A stretch of 64,000 nucleotides of DNA from IMG/VR virus record IMGVR_UViG_3300034072_001021, positions 124,001-188,000 of that record, one strand, 5' to 3'. This document shows positions 29,463 to 39,844 of the stretch, piece by piece; the stretch's first letter is position 1, and the number at the start of each line of letters is the position of its first letter. The notes beneath the pieces are model-generated. The model saw nothing but the letters and a program-made list of their open reading frames with translations, searched no databases and was not told the origin of the DNA. The position numbers and the translations under genes are program-made.

Positions 29463-32400
29463 CCGCTATGTGAAGTTGTTCGGTGTGCGTCGATTGGGAG
29501 AACTCGAGAATCCTCGGGTTCGTCCCATTGCTCGCTTCGGTCTTCCGAGGGGCGCCACAGTTCACTACATGCCTGTTTCTGAGACCGAACTCGGTCCTAG
29601 CAACGACCATCCGATCATTGCTGCTGCGCAGCGACTGGTCTACATCGACCATGTATCCGATCTGCTGTCTAAGGAAGGTAACCCACGCCCAACCTTTAAG
29701 CTGATCGGTCCGATGATGCAACAATATCGTCGCGACAACATGATGATTCGTCCTGTCCGGGATTATGAGGCCACTACTCGTGACATCCTGAATATGGTCG
29801 TGGTCAACTATTCCATGGTTGCCCAGATGTACAAATACCAGCGCTCGGCACTGAGTCGTTGGTGGTTCTGGAAGAACATTCGTTCGACCATGTGGGAAAA
29901 GTGTAACCAGCTTCAGTCTCCGCACGAACGCCATCAGGTAATCGTGTTCGATGTCCCTCAATCGTTGCCTGCCCTGGCAGATCTGCGTAAAGCAGAACGC
30001 AACATGACCCCGATGCTCATGAAAGTGTTCAACTCTCGTGAACGTCTGGATCTGCTGGACATCTTCACTTGGTTGGGCGAACATCGCGAACGTTCTCCGA
30101 TGTCTCGTTTGGATGAAAGTCGTCTGAACGAGATCGATCTGATGATCCGTCGTGATACCGGTTTCATCACCATCAACCTCGGCCTGCTGAACAGCTGGCG
30201 TAAAGAAGGCAAGGTTCCGTCAATGGAATCTCTGGCCATTCTTCCGGAAGACAATTTCGATTTCGAATCTAAGTACATGGAGTATATCTCCATGGAAATG
30301 AACGACGATCGCACTCCGGTGGACGACGGCTACGATGTGTCGATGGAAGCCGCGCAAGGTTTCGATCCGAAGATCCTGCAAATGCGCTTCCTGAAAATGC
30401 TGGTCAAGATCATTCATCAGACCAGTCCGGTCGTTGAAATGACCGACGAGCAATCTGAAGAAGGCCAGACCGAAACCACGGCTGAGAAAGAAGAAGAACT
30501 GATCGAAGAAAACCAACAGATTCTTGAGGCTACTGGTGCTCTGGATGAATTGGTAGCTGACGAGGAAGAAGAGCTGGCGGAATCGCTCGATGCTCCTGCT
30601 GAAGCTGATGAATCGATCATGACTGACGAAGATGGCGAACTCATCATCGAGACGTCACAGCCGGTCGAAGTCAATGTTCAAGCCGTGGGTAACTACGGTG
30701 TCGAGAACACACTGACCAGCGCGATTGTCAGTAAGGCCGACGAGCTGGTGGATAAGCAGATTTACACCGCTGCCCAATACCGCCGTATGCTTCGCTTGGC
30801 TGAATCGTTCAAATCCATCCAGAACCCCTGGGGTGGTAACGAAACGATCGAACAATACATGGAGATCAAGCAAGAAGATCTCGTGATGACTGAGGTGGAC
30901 AACTATCCGAAGCTCGATGCCGTTCGAGACGAATCTATGCTGCAATCCAGTGTAGAGAAAATGGATAGTCAGTATGTTGAGAAAGTCATGAAGAAAGACA
31001 TTCTCAACGCTGTGATGTCGGTACAGAAAGCCGGCGTGGCAGTTACTGGTTACGAAGTGGAGGTTGTCCGCAACGCGGTCAGCAACTACGAAGTCCATTC
31101 AGTTCAACTCACCCCGGTAACGGGCAAACCGTCGACTATTCGTTTCCGTGTACCGGTTGTTGACAAGCGTGGCGTTTACACCTCCAACGGTCAGCGTTAT
31201 CGGATGCGTACCCAGAAGGGCGATATCCCAATCCGTAAAGTCAGTCCGAGTCGTGTGGCACTGACCTCTTACTACAGCAAGGTCTTCGTTGACCGTTCTC
31301 AGCGTAGCGTGTTTAACTACGATAACTGGATCGGCAAACAGATCAAGGCTAAAGGATTGAATCCCGACGACACCACCATCACTAACTTGAAGATTGCTAA
31401 CGTTGCAGACTTCGAGCTGGACGTACCGACCATCTATACGGTGATTGGTAGTCAGGTGATGAGTTTCGAATCCAGCGGTAGCTACTGGTTCGATTACAAG
31501 AACCGTGAACGTAGCCGTCTGTTCGACATGGCTGTGGTGGAAGAGCTGGAAGCCAAGCACAAGGGCATGGTGGTCGTTGGTCGTCGTGATCAGCGTTACA
31601 TCATGGTTGGGCGCGACGATGCGTTTTACCTGATGGATGCTAAGACAGACCGTGTCACCGAACTGGGTCATATCGAGGACATCCTCGGTCTTGAGAAAGA
31701 CAAGGCTCCGATCAGCATGGCTGAGATGAGCATATTCGGCAAAATCATGCCTGTCGGTATCGCTCTGGCGTATCTGATCGGTTTCGATAACTTGCTGGAA
31801 ATGACCAAGGTCAAGTACCGTGCAGTTCCGGTGGGCACTCGGGCTCAGATTGCAGACGATGAGTTTGCAGTTAAGTTCCTCGATGAAACTCTGATCTTTG
31901 ATAAGAGCGACGTCAAGAACAGCCTGATCTTCGGCGGCTTCGTCCACTATCAGAAACAAATCCGCAACTACAGTCGTCACAGCTTCAAGACCAAAGACGT
32001 GTACTTCACGGTTCTGGAAGCAAACGGCATCGGCCTGCGCTACTTGCGTGAGCTGGATCTGATGAACGCCATGTGGGTCGACCCGATCACCAAAGGCGTG
32101 TTGGAATGGATGAAGGAACCGACTGAATACGTGCCATTGCTGATGCGTGCGTGTGAACTGCTGGTGACTCGTTACGTTCCCAACAAGATCGAAACGACTG
32201 ACGGCCTGGTGGAAGGCATGGAACGTGCTAAGGGCTACGAACGTATTCCTGGTGCTGTCTACGCTGAATTGGTTCGTTCCATCCGAGTGTACAACTCTCG
32301 GTCGGCCTCGAGTTCTTCTCAGGTCACGATGAAGCCGCACGATGTCTGGACTGCTATTGTTCAAGACCCTGCTGCTGCGCTGGTGGACGATATCAACCCA

Positions 32401-33816
32401 ATCCAGAACCTCAAGCAAAAAGAAATCATCACGTACGGTGGCCGTGGCGGCCGCAGTGGGCGTTCGATGACTGCTGAAGCCCGTCTCTATAAGGAAGGAG
32501 ACATTGGCTTCATTTCGGAGAGTACTGTTGACTCGGGTGACGTGGCAGTAATCACGTACATGACACCCAACGCGAACATCACCAGTGTGCGCGGTACGGT
32601 CAGGTCGTTCGATAAAGAGAAAGACGGTTCTGCGTCGCTGGTTTCGACCTCGGCTCTGATTTCGCCTTTCGCTGACCGAGACGACCCTAAGCGGGTAAAC
32701 TTCATCGGTATCCAACAATCGCACGTAATCAGTGCGAAGGGCTACCGTGAGTCTCCGATCTGTACGGGTTATGATCATGTACTGGCACACCGCGTGGATG
32801 ACATCTTCGCCCTGCCAGCTGAAAAGGACGGTGAGGTGGTTGGACTCTCCGATACTCACATGGTCGTGGCTTATGATGACGGTACGTTTGAGCACGTTGA
32901 CCTTGAAACGCAGTACGGTATCTCTGCAGGTTCCGTATATCCGCAACATCAGGCAACGACGTTCACTCTGGGCGAGAAGGTTAAGAAGGGCGATATCCTG
33001 AAGTACAACGCAGGGTTCTTCAAACCGAGCCGATTCCATCGTCATCAAGTACAGTGGATGGCAGGCGTCATTGCACGCACAGCTCTGATGGAAGCCAGCT
33101 ACACGCTGGAAGACTCCTCAGCTATCGACGACTGGTTGTCTGACCAGCTGGGATCGGAAATCACCAAAGTGAAAACCATCACAGTACGGTTCGACCAGAC
33201 CATTCGGAATCTCGTAAAAGTGGGAGACCACACGGACATCTCGAGTATTCTATGCACGATAGAAGATGCTGTAACAGCTGATTCAGGTCTGTTCAACGAT
33301 GATGATCTCGACACACTGCGTCTGATGTCATCCGCCACTCCGTTGGCTGGTGCTGTGGGTGTAGTGAGTAACATCGAGGTCTTCTATCATGGTGATCCCG
33401 ACGACATGTCCGACTCGTTGCTCGAACTGGTAACAGCCAGCGACAAACGTCGTCGTAAGAAAGCCAAGGCCTTGGGTCAACCTGCTGTCACTGGTCAGGT
33501 CGATCAGTCACTCCGCATCGAAGGTGATGGTCTCGAACTCGATCACGTTGCCATTAAGATCTACATCACTCACCATGAAGGGATGGGTGTCGGCGACAAG
33601 GCCGTGTTCTGTAATCAGATGAAAACGGTTGTTGGTCATCGCTTGAGCGGTGTCAACGAAACGATCTCTGGTCGTCAGATCAATGCCATCTTCGGCGCTA
33701 AGTCCGTCATGGACCGCATCGTTCTATCACCAATGCTGATCGGCATGTCCATCTCGCTGATGACAGCTATTGGTGAGAAAGCCGCAGAGATGTGGATGAG
33801 TAATGACACCAAGTAA
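29440..33816 (+). CDS. Virion RNA polymerase beta subunit, large part (gp178-like)
   Basis: 1458 aa; PFADRDDPKR, EDS, GDK..FCNQMK RpoB-type motifs; acidic N-terminal linker with SME sites. Confidence 0.9.
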   Translation: MAVMLQYDRYVKLFGVRRLGELENPRVRPIARFGLPRGATVHYMPVSETELGPSNDHPIIAAAQRLVYIDHVSDLLSKEGNPRPTFKLIGPMMQQYRRDNMMIRPVRDYEATTRDILNMVVVNYSMVAQMYKYQRSALSRWWFWKNIRSTMWEKCNQLQSPHERHQVIVFDVPQSLPALADLRKAERNMTPMLMKVFNSRERLDLLDIFTWLGEHRERSPMSRLDESRLNEIDLMIRRDTGFITINLGLLNSWRKEGKVPSMESLAILPEDNFDFESKYMEYISMEMNDDRTPVDDGYDVSMEAAQGFDPKILQMRFLKMLVKIIHQTSPVVEMTDEQSEEGQTETTAEKEEELIEENQQILEATGALDELVADEEEELAESLDAPAEADESIMTDEDGELIIETSQPVEVNVQAVGNYGVENTLTSAIVSKADELVDKQIYTAAQYRRMLRLAESFKSIQNPWGGNETIEQYMEIKQEDLVMTEVDNYPKLDAVRDESMLQSSVEKMDSQYVEKVMKKDILNAVMSVQKAGVAVTGYEVEVVRNAVSNYEVHSVQLTPVTGKPSTIRFRVPVVDKRGVYTSNGQRYRMRTQKGDIPIRKVSPSRVALTSYYSKVFVDRSQRSVFNYDNWIGKQIKAKGLNPDDTTITNLKIANVADFELDVPTIYTVIGSQVMSFESSGSYWFDYKNRERSRLFDMAVVEELEAKHKGMVVVGRRDQRYIMVGRDDAFYLMDAKTDRVTELGHIEDILGLEKDKAPISMAEMSIFGKIMPVGIALAYLIGFDNLLEMTKVKYRAVPVGTRAQIADDEFAVKFLDETLIFDKSDVKNSLIFGGFVHYQKQIRNYSRHSFKTKDVYFTVLEANGIGLRYLRELDLMNAMWVDPITKGVLEWMKEPTEYVPLLMRACELLVTRYVPNKIETTDGLVEGMERAKGYERIPGAVYAELVRSIRVYNSRSASSSSQVTMKPHDVWTAIVQDPAAALVDDINPIQNLKQKEIITYGGRGGRSGRSMTAEARLYKEGDIGFISESTVDSGDVAVITYMTPNANITSVRGTVRSFDKEKDGSASLVSTSALISPFADRDDPKRVNFIGIQQSHVISAKGYRESPICTGYDHVLAHRVDDIFALPAEKDGEVVGLSDTHMVVAYDDGTFEHVDLETQYGISAGSVYPQHQATTFTLGEKVKKGDILKYNAGFFKPSRFHRHQVQWMAGVIARTALMEASYTLEDSSAIDDWLSDQLGSEITKVKTITVRFDQTIRNLVKVGDHTDISSILCTIEDAVTADSGLFNDDDLDTLRLMSSATPLAGAVGVVSNIEVFYHGDPDDMSDSLLELVTASDKRRRKKAKALGQPAVTGQVDQSLRIEGDGLELDHVAIKIYITHHEGMGVGDKAVFCNQMKTVVGHRLSGVNETISGRQINAIFGAKSVMDRIVLSPMLIGMSISLMTAIGEKAAEMWMSNDTK

Positions 33817-33818
33817 AG

Positions 33819-33848
33819 TCTGGGGGCTTCGGCCCCCAGATCTCCTTT
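33819..33848 (+). terminator. Intrinsic terminator
   Basis: TCTGGGGGC-TTCG-GCCCCCAGA, UUCG tetraloop. Confidence 0.75.
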
Positions 33849-33880
33849 ACAGCGCCTCGTAGTTTCACAGGAACTTGCTC

Positions 33881-34075
33881 ATGAACAACGCTACCACTTT
33901 TGGCAACCTCGCAGTTCTTGCGAACGCTGTCAACATCGCTACCGAGATCGTCTCCAACGTGTCGGGTAATGAAGTATCCAACCATCTGGAAGGTACTCCG
34001 GTAAACGACCGTACCATCGGCGCTATCTGCGCTGCTGATATCAACAACCTGATTGAGGGCCGCGATAATGCTTAA
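33881..34075 (+). CDS. Small hypothetical protein (64 aa)
   Basis: AGGA RBS; its stop overlaps the start of the next gene. Confidence 0.6.
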   Translation: MNNATTFGNLAVLANAVNIATEIVSNVSGNEVSNHLEGTPVNDRTIGAICAADINNLIEGRDNA

Positions 34076-35426
34076 TCGCCTGGCAATCGAGGCCGCACTG
34101 CCCATCGTTCAGCGACTGGATGAGCGCAAGCTGCGCATCCTGCCGAACGAGAACACACCGCTGATGTCTCTGACTCTGGCGGTGGACAACACCTTCATCG
34201 AGAATAGCCTCGGTGAAAACGTAGACATCGTCGCTGTGCTTCAGGAGCGTTCCAGCTCCGATATGCACCGCGTTGCCACTGCCGACGTTATCAAACTGGC
34301 ATCGGCTTCGATCTCCCGTCTGCATCAGATGGTGCGTGGCACCATCCTCCCCCACATCAAGCGTGTGGCGGGTGAAGTTCAGGACTTCGTCAATGCTCGT
34401 CGTGTAGAGGCAATCCTGCCCTACTCGGTAGAGATGAAAGAAATCCCGGCTGTCTATTCCAACCCAGCCATTCGTCAACTGGTCGATCGTTATCCGGCAA
34501 ATCCGGGTGGCGAGTTCGCTCTGCGTGCTTGTGCACCTCAAGCCGACATCGACGCGGTCAAGGAACTGTGCAAGACTGGCATGGCCGGTGTTGACAGTGA
34601 ACTGGAAGCCATCCTGTCGATGAAGAACGACGAAGGCTACGCTGCCATCCAGGCCGTCCTGCACGGTCAGATCGGCCCGCGTCAAGTCCATGACGATTAC
34701 CTGCCTGGTCTGCTGGTCGCTGCTCAAGCGATCTACGAAGAGCCGGGTGCAGGTGTCAGCATGAGCCTGAGCGAGTACAAGGACTACATCAACCATCTGC
34801 TGGGCTTTACTGCTTTCCTGGCCAACGCTGCCTGGATTCGTTATGACAGCCAAGAGAAGATGGGTCTGCTGTACAGTCCGGAACCGCGCAGCTCGATGAC
34901 CTCGATCAAGGTCATGGGCAAGGTCTACCGCAAGATGCTGGAAGAAGGTCTGACTCCCGAAGCCCTGATCGCCAATGAGATGGCAGGTCGTCGTTTCAGC
35001 CAGGGTCAACTGATCGAGAACAAAGCTGCACTCGAGCAGATCTACCTGCGCGAAATGAACCTGCGTTCCCTCAAGGCACAGGCCGAGATCGCCGGTAACG
35101 TCCGTGCTGCGGTACGTCAGATCGTTGGTGGGGAGCTGGCCCAGGCTGACATGGAAGGCGATGCTCGTGAAGCAGCTAGCAAAGTGCTGGCTGAACTGAT
35201 CGATCGCATCCATGAGCGTAACTGTGAAGACATCAATTCGGTTGTCACCGAAGTGGTCTGCAATGTGTTCTATCCGAAGACCGACGCACTGAGCTTCATC
35301 GTTCTGATGAACCGTGTTGGTAAGTCGATGGGTGACGATGCAGATCCGCGTGAAATCGCGCTGATGGCTACCATCCGTTACGTCAACCGCTGGCTGTGTC
35401 GCCAGATGGGTCTGATCGAAGCGTGA
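34068..35426 (+). CDS. Virion head protein (gp177-like by position)
   Basis: ~452 aa, between the RNAP beta and protease genes; strong codon bias. Confidence 0.65.
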   Translation: MLNRLAIEAALPIVQRLDERKLRILPNENTPLMSLTLAVDNTFIENSLGENVDIVAVLQERSSSDMHRVATADVIKLASASISRLHQMVRGTILPHIKRVAGEVQDFVNARRVEAILPYSVEMKEIPAVYSNPAIRQLVDRYPANPGGEFALRACAPQADIDAVKELCKTGMAGVDSELEAILSMKNDEGYAAIQAVLHGQIGPRQVHDDYLPGLLVAAQAIYEEPGAGVSMSLSEYKDYINHLLGFTAFLANAAWIRYDSQEKMGLLYSPEPRSSMTSIKVMGKVYRKMLEEGLTPEALIANEMAGRRFSQGQLIENKAALEQIYLREMNLRSLKAQAEIAGNVRAAVRQIVGGELAQADMEGDAREAASKVLAELIDRIHERNCEDINSVVTEVVCNVFYPKTDALSFIVLMNRVGKSMGDDADPREIALMATIRYVNRWLCRQMGLIEA

Positions 35427-35434
35427 CGTCAAAT

Positions 35435-35460
35435 AGCCGGAGGGTAATCCCTCCGGCTTT
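35435..35460 (+). terminator. Hairpin/terminator
   Basis: AGCCGGAGGG-TAAT-CCCTCCGGCT followed by TT. Confidence 0.7.
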
Positions 35461-35475
35461 AATCGAGATTCCAGT

Positions 35476-36207
35476 ATGAGCATCAAGTCGAATAAGTTCA
35501 TCCGTGACGCAGCTCGTGTTCTGAAGGCAATCGAGAAAACAGAAGAAGGTTCCTTTGTGGCACTGAAGCCTCTTAAGGTGTACATTCCGGCTCGATTCCC
35601 TCAACGCGATCTGGCAGTCTTTGAAAACGAAATCACGTTTGTCGGCATCTGTGCCATCGTCCTCGATGACAAGTATTACGCCGCATCTCGAATCTGCGCT
35701 CCGCTGCGCAGTGAACCTTCTCTGGTTACCTCAGCGGTAATCGATGAAGTTGAATACATCGAGATGAGCTACGAACCCGGTGATCGGGTGATCTGTAGCA
35801 AAGACCTCGTGGTGATCGACAACCTGCTGTACCGTATCTACGATGAAATCATCGCTAAGGGACGAGTGCCGTGGTATCTGTCCTATCACGAGATCGGTAG
35901 CATCTTTGAGACCTCTCGGAAACATGCCGGCGTACGGATCGGGAAAACACCGACCGTTATGGAGATCATTGCCAGTGCGATTGCGCGGGACGAAAATGAT
36001 CTACGCCGCTACTACCGTCAGGTCGTAGAAACTTACGAAGACATTTCTCTGTCTCCGCCCACCATTATTCCGCTTCGTAACATCAGTTACGGTGCGACCA
36101 ATACCATTGCCAAAATCACGGGTTCGCGGTTCGACGAAGGTATGACCAGTGCTATCGTTAACCCTGGTGACCGTGTCGAACGGACTGAGAGAATACTTCG
36201 AACGTAA
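35476..36207 (+). CDS. gp176-like virion protein (proposed vRNAP-associated)
   Basis: 243 aa, immediately upstream of the prohead protease; assignment by synteny. Confidence 0.6.
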   Translation: MSIKSNKFIRDAARVLKAIEKTEEGSFVALKPLKVYIPARFPQRDLAVFENEITFVGICAIVLDDKYYAASRICAPLRSEPSLVTSAVIDEVEYIEMSYEPGDRVICSKDLVVIDNLLYRIYDEIIAKGRVPWYLSYHEIGSIFETSRKHAGVRIGKTPTVMEIIASAIARDENDLRRYYRQVVETYEDISLSPPTIIPLRNISYGATNTIAKITGSRFDEGMTSAIVNPGDRVERTERILRT

Positions 36208-36217
36208 GGGTTCCATT

Positions 36218-37000
36218 ATGGATCAGCGAATTGTTTACCAGTGCAGCGTGCTGCAGGGTATGAACAAAGTAGGCGATCTCAAGAAGCTGGATAACGGCTA
36301 CTACGAGGTACGTCTGGGTGCTCTGGGTGCTTTCAACTCTCAGGGCTGGTTGTACAGCGAAGCCGAAGGTCGTCGACTGATCGAAGGATCGGGTGGCCTG
36401 ATGCGTCAACTCGAGACTGCTCGCCTGCGTGGCGAATGCGGCCATCCGCGTTTCCAGCCTGGCATGAGTCAGCTGGCCTGGTTCAGTCGTGTCAATGACA
36501 TCTACGAACCGAACGTCTGCTTCCACATCCGTCGTATCTACCTGGCTCCGGGTGTCGACGAGAAAGGCCGTCCCGTGACCATGGTGATCGGTGAAGTCAA
36601 GTCTTCCGGTAAGGAAAGTGCTTGGTTCGATCGTCAGCTGGAAAACCGCGACGAAGATGTCTGCTTCTCCATTCGTTCCTTCACCGAGGATCGGGTGGTC
36701 GGCGGCATCAAGACCAAGTATCTCAAGAAGATCGTGACCTGGGATACCGTCAACGAGCCTGGCATCGCCAAATCCTCCAAGTACGGCACTGCTTCGCTGG
36801 AGTCCCTTGTGGGCGATATCAGTGAAGGCGCTGAACTGGAAACGGCGTTCTACACCGACGTGCTGCGGAACGAAATGAAGTCTCTGCCGATTGGTGTCGG
36901 CGAAGGCATCGGCTTCGAACACAACAGTAACCTCATGTCGGTTATTGCCGAAATCGAACGTCCGATCCGTTCCGTGGTTCCCTCTTCCTGGAGGTGGTAA
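36218..37000 (+). CDS. Prohead protease (gp175-like)
   Basis: GECGHP (His), CFSIRS (Ser), WDTVNEPGI (Asp); C-terminal ASLES possible autocleavage site. Confidence 0.88.
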   Translation: MDQRIVYQCSVLQGMNKVGDLKKLDNGYYEVRLGALGAFNSQGWLYSEAEGRRLIEGSGGLMRQLETARLRGECGHPRFQPGMSQLAWFSRVNDIYEPNVCFHIRRIYLAPGVDEKGRPVTMVIGEVKSSGKESAWFDRQLENRDEDVCFSIRSFTEDRVVGGIKTKYLKKIVTWDTVNEPGIAKSSKYGTASLESLVGDISEGAELETAFYTDVLRNEMKSLPIGVGEGIGFEHNSNLMSVIAEIERPIRSVVPSSWRW

Positions 37001-38286
37001 TGAGCAGCACCATCAGTCAAGCACTGGTGGGTGCGACCGAAGAACTGGAGTCAGAGGTATCTCTGGCTCCGGCTATTGACGTCATCCCTGAGATGGCCGA
37101 TATTGAACTCAGTCGCATTACGTTGGATTCATGCATCGAGAAAGTACTGATCTCCGACGGATCAGTGGTCGATGTGCTGGAAGCTGAGCAGACTTACAAG
37201 GAATGGCGAGCTGAACACTCGACTATTGCTACGGGTCGTGCACAGACAGGTGAGCCGCTCTTGAAAGAGATGCAGGCTACCTTGGAGATGATGAATTCTC
37301 CTTCCATGGAATCCGATGCCATCCAGATGTTTAAGCGCACGTTCAACAAAGTGTCGCTGGCACTCAAGACGTTTGGTCGTAACCTGAGCGATATCCGCAA
37401 CAAGGTGAACAACTCCAAAGGTCAGCTGGAATCGTCTCCCGCACTGATCACCTCTCCAGTGGTCTACAACTTCTTCACTCGCAGTAACAAGCCTGTGAAG
37501 CTGGCGCCGGGTTCGATTGATGACGACATCAAGTTCATCAACGAATGCGAGAACCGCTATAACGAAATCTTCAGCCTGACCACCGAGTTGGGTAAACGGT
37601 TTCGTGAGGCATGTAACAGCGATTCCAACGAAGCGATCCGTGACGCCATCGAATACTTTGAAGGTGTTATTCCGGAGCGTCAAGAGTTTGCTGGCCTGAC
37701 CAAGTTTCATCTGTTGGGTAATCGCGGCATCGACATCGACGACAAGGGCTTCCCTCACTTCACTAAGAATCCAGCACCTTGGAATCTGAAAGAGCCGGGT
37801 GGTATCCTTGGTCTGCTCGCCCGTAAGAAGATCCATGGATTTTCTGTGGGTGGCGAGCCTACGTCTGTACCGGCTATCGACGGTATCAACGGTGTAGTCG
37901 CCAAGCGTCAAGTGAAGGCCTCCCTTCAGGCGTCTGGTGGTGTGGTATCGGCTGACTCTTTTGTGAAGCTGCTGGATAAAGCCAACGTGCTCAACAGCAA
38001 AGCAATGAAGTTCGCCTCCATGGCCAACACGATGGGTGAACGCATCCAGCGTCTGTCGGCCGACATGGACGATGCATGGAACCATGTCAATACGGAAAAG
38101 AGTCTTGAGGAAAACTCTGCTCGTGTCCGTGAGCTGCGTGCTCTTCGGGTAGCTGCTCGTAAGAGTGTTGCAACCTACATGTTCATGGCCAAGTCTCTGG
38201 CGACGATGATGGAAGACCATACTTCCTTTGTCTACCGGAACGTAACCATCCTCGCCAACGAAGTCCTCAAGAAAACAGGAAAGTGA
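37000..38286 (+). CDS. Internal head protein with propeptide
   Basis: TAATG coupling to the protease gene; acidic N-terminus ending in SPSMES. Confidence 0.65.
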   Translation: MSSTISQALVGATEELESEVSLAPAIDVIPEMADIELSRITLDSCIEKVLISDGSVVDVLEAEQTYKEWRAEHSTIATGRAQTGEPLLKEMQATLEMMNSPSMESDAIQMFKRTFNKVSLALKTFGRNLSDIRNKVNNSKGQLESSPALITSPVVYNFFTRSNKPVKLAPGSIDDDIKFINECENRYNEIFSLTTELGKRFREACNSDSNEAIRDAIEYFEGVIPERQEFAGLTKFHLLGNRGIDIDDKGFPHFTKNPAPWNLKEPGGILGLLARKKIHGFSVGGEPTSVPAIDGINGVVAKRQVKASLQASGGVVSADSFVKLLDKANVLNSKAMKFASMANTMGERIQRLSADMDDAWNHVNTEKSLEENSARVRELRALRVAARKSVATYMFMAKSLATMMEDHTSFVYRNVTILANEVLKKTGK

Positions 38287-38287
38287 A

Positions 38288-39709
38288 ATGAAGAACCATC
38301 TTCTGACCCAGGCACTGAAAGTATCTCAGGAAGAACTGGAAGACGTGATTCCCGCCGATCAGGCTGAAGAAGTATTCAGCGAATTGAGCGAAGCAAGCTC
38401 GCCCAACACCATCGAGCAGGTAATGGCCGACGAAAACGAAGTCGGTCAGGCTGTCGAGCAGATTGAGGCCGTGCGTGACATGGTCACTGGTGCTCAAGAA
38501 GACGACGCATCCATGGAATCTCTGAATCGTCTCGTCGATGTCATCGGCATGCGCTATGGTCAGGTCGAGACGACCTCGCTGGAAAGCCTCACCCCCGGCG
38601 AAGCCAAGCAGAATATCCTGGCCCGTCTGGATAACATCCAGACCAGTCTGGAATCTGCACTGGTTGTTTCTCAGGAATCCTGGTCTGTAAAAGATCTGTG
38701 GAATTCTGCTGGTGCGGTCGAGCGCAACACCGAACAACTGAACGCTCATCTGCAAGAGCTGCGCGGTCGTAAAGAGTGGTTCAGTGAGCATGGTCTGGTG
38801 ATCAACTCCGTGCGCGTGCTGAACTACATCACCGTGAACAACAAGCCCTCGGCCAATCTGGTTAGCGACACCAACAAGCTCACCACGGCTGTCAAGGACA
38901 TGATCGCTATCGCCGATACGGCACGTGAACTGACCGAGAAGATTGCCAAACAGGTAAGTACCGGCAGTTTCGAATCCGGTGAAGGTGTCGAGAAGGTGTT
39001 GTCATCCATCACCTCCGGCAAGAACCCAGCTGCCGCCGTTCGCCAAAAGCTCGACGGCCTGCAGCTGCTGGGCAACACACACTACACCGTGTCGATGAAA
39101 GAAACCAAATCCAGTGCTCCCGGCGAGTGGAATAAGGTGGTTTCTACCAACATGGAGCTGAATGACAAATGGCATGGCGGTGCTCGCACTAGCAAAGCCA
39201 GTCTCGGTCTGCGGATTCCGGCATGGTTGGTAGGTTATACCGCCGGCACCAAGGTGGGTGGTGTCGTGGCCAGTAGTGTTGGCATGGGTGTCGGCGGTAT
39301 TCCGCTGGTCATTGGTTATGGTCTGCTCTACGGGTATGTCGCTGCTGACGCACTCAATGCCCACAAGACTGCCAAGGACGCCAAGCACTCTCTCAAATTC
39401 GAAGAAGTTGAGAAGAGCTTCCGTGAAGTGGTCGATCTTGCCAACAAGACCTCTCAGATCCGTCGTGGTCTGCCGGGTGCGTTCAAGCGTGCTGTATCTG
39501 GTCGCGACGAAGTGGCCAAGAGCATTGGCAAGGCTGCTGGCGCTCTGGCTGGTACCGATCGTCAAAATGCCCAAGCCATCCGTGACATCTACATGAACAT
39601 GGATCGTCTGGCCTGGAAACTCTACGACGACGCGTTCCGTCTGATGCTCATGGCAATCACGAATTCTGAGGTTGTTGCTCGGAAGATGGTCAAAGCTTCC
39701 AAGAAGTAA
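38288..39709 (+). CDS. Internal head protein with propeptide and Gly-rich hydrophobic segment
   Basis: VSQE, ASME, TSLE x2 and VSQE motifs in an acidic N-terminus; hydrophobic GGVVASSVGMGVGGIPLVIGYGLLYGY. Confidence 0.65.
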   Translation: MKNHLLTQALKVSQEELEDVIPADQAEEVFSELSEASSPNTIEQVMADENEVGQAVEQIEAVRDMVTGAQEDDASMESLNRLVDVIGMRYGQVETTSLESLTPGEAKQNILARLDNIQTSLESALVVSQESWSVKDLWNSAGAVERNTEQLNAHLQELRGRKEWFSEHGLVINSVRVLNYITVNNKPSANLVSDTNKLTTAVKDMIAIADTARELTEKIAKQVSTGSFESGEGVEKVLSSITSGKNPAAAVRQKLDGLQLLGNTHYTVSMKETKSSAPGEWNKVVSTNMELNDKWHGGARTSKASLGLRIPAWLVGYTAGTKVGGVVASSVGMGVGGIPLVIGYGLLYGYVAADALNAHKTAKDAKHSLKFEEVEKSFREVVDLANKTSQIRRGLPGAFKRAVSGRDEVAKSIGKAAGALAGTDRQNAQAIRDIYMNMDRLAWKLYDDAFRLMLMAITNSEVVARKMVKASKK

Positions 39710-39711
39710 TG

Positions 39712-39750
39712 CGACATATACAGGGGAGCCTAAGGCTCCCCTGTATGCCG
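39712..39750 (+). terminator. Hairpin with CGACATA/TATGCCG flanks
   Basis: ATACAGGGGAGCC-TAA-GGCTCCCCTGTAT. Confidence 0.75.
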
Positions 39751-39759
39751 TTTTGATTC

Positions 39760-39788
39760 GATTCGAAATATTTTCAACAATACATAGT
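39760..39788 (+). promoter_or_regulatory. Putative early promoter GATT-N16-ATACATAGT
   Basis: Bipartite motif in AT-rich intergenic DNA heading an accessory operon. Confidence 0.7.
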
Positions 39789-39844
39789 AACGTTGAATAG
39801 GAAGAATGATCTTCCAATAACCAAGTGTTCTCAGGAGAACAACC

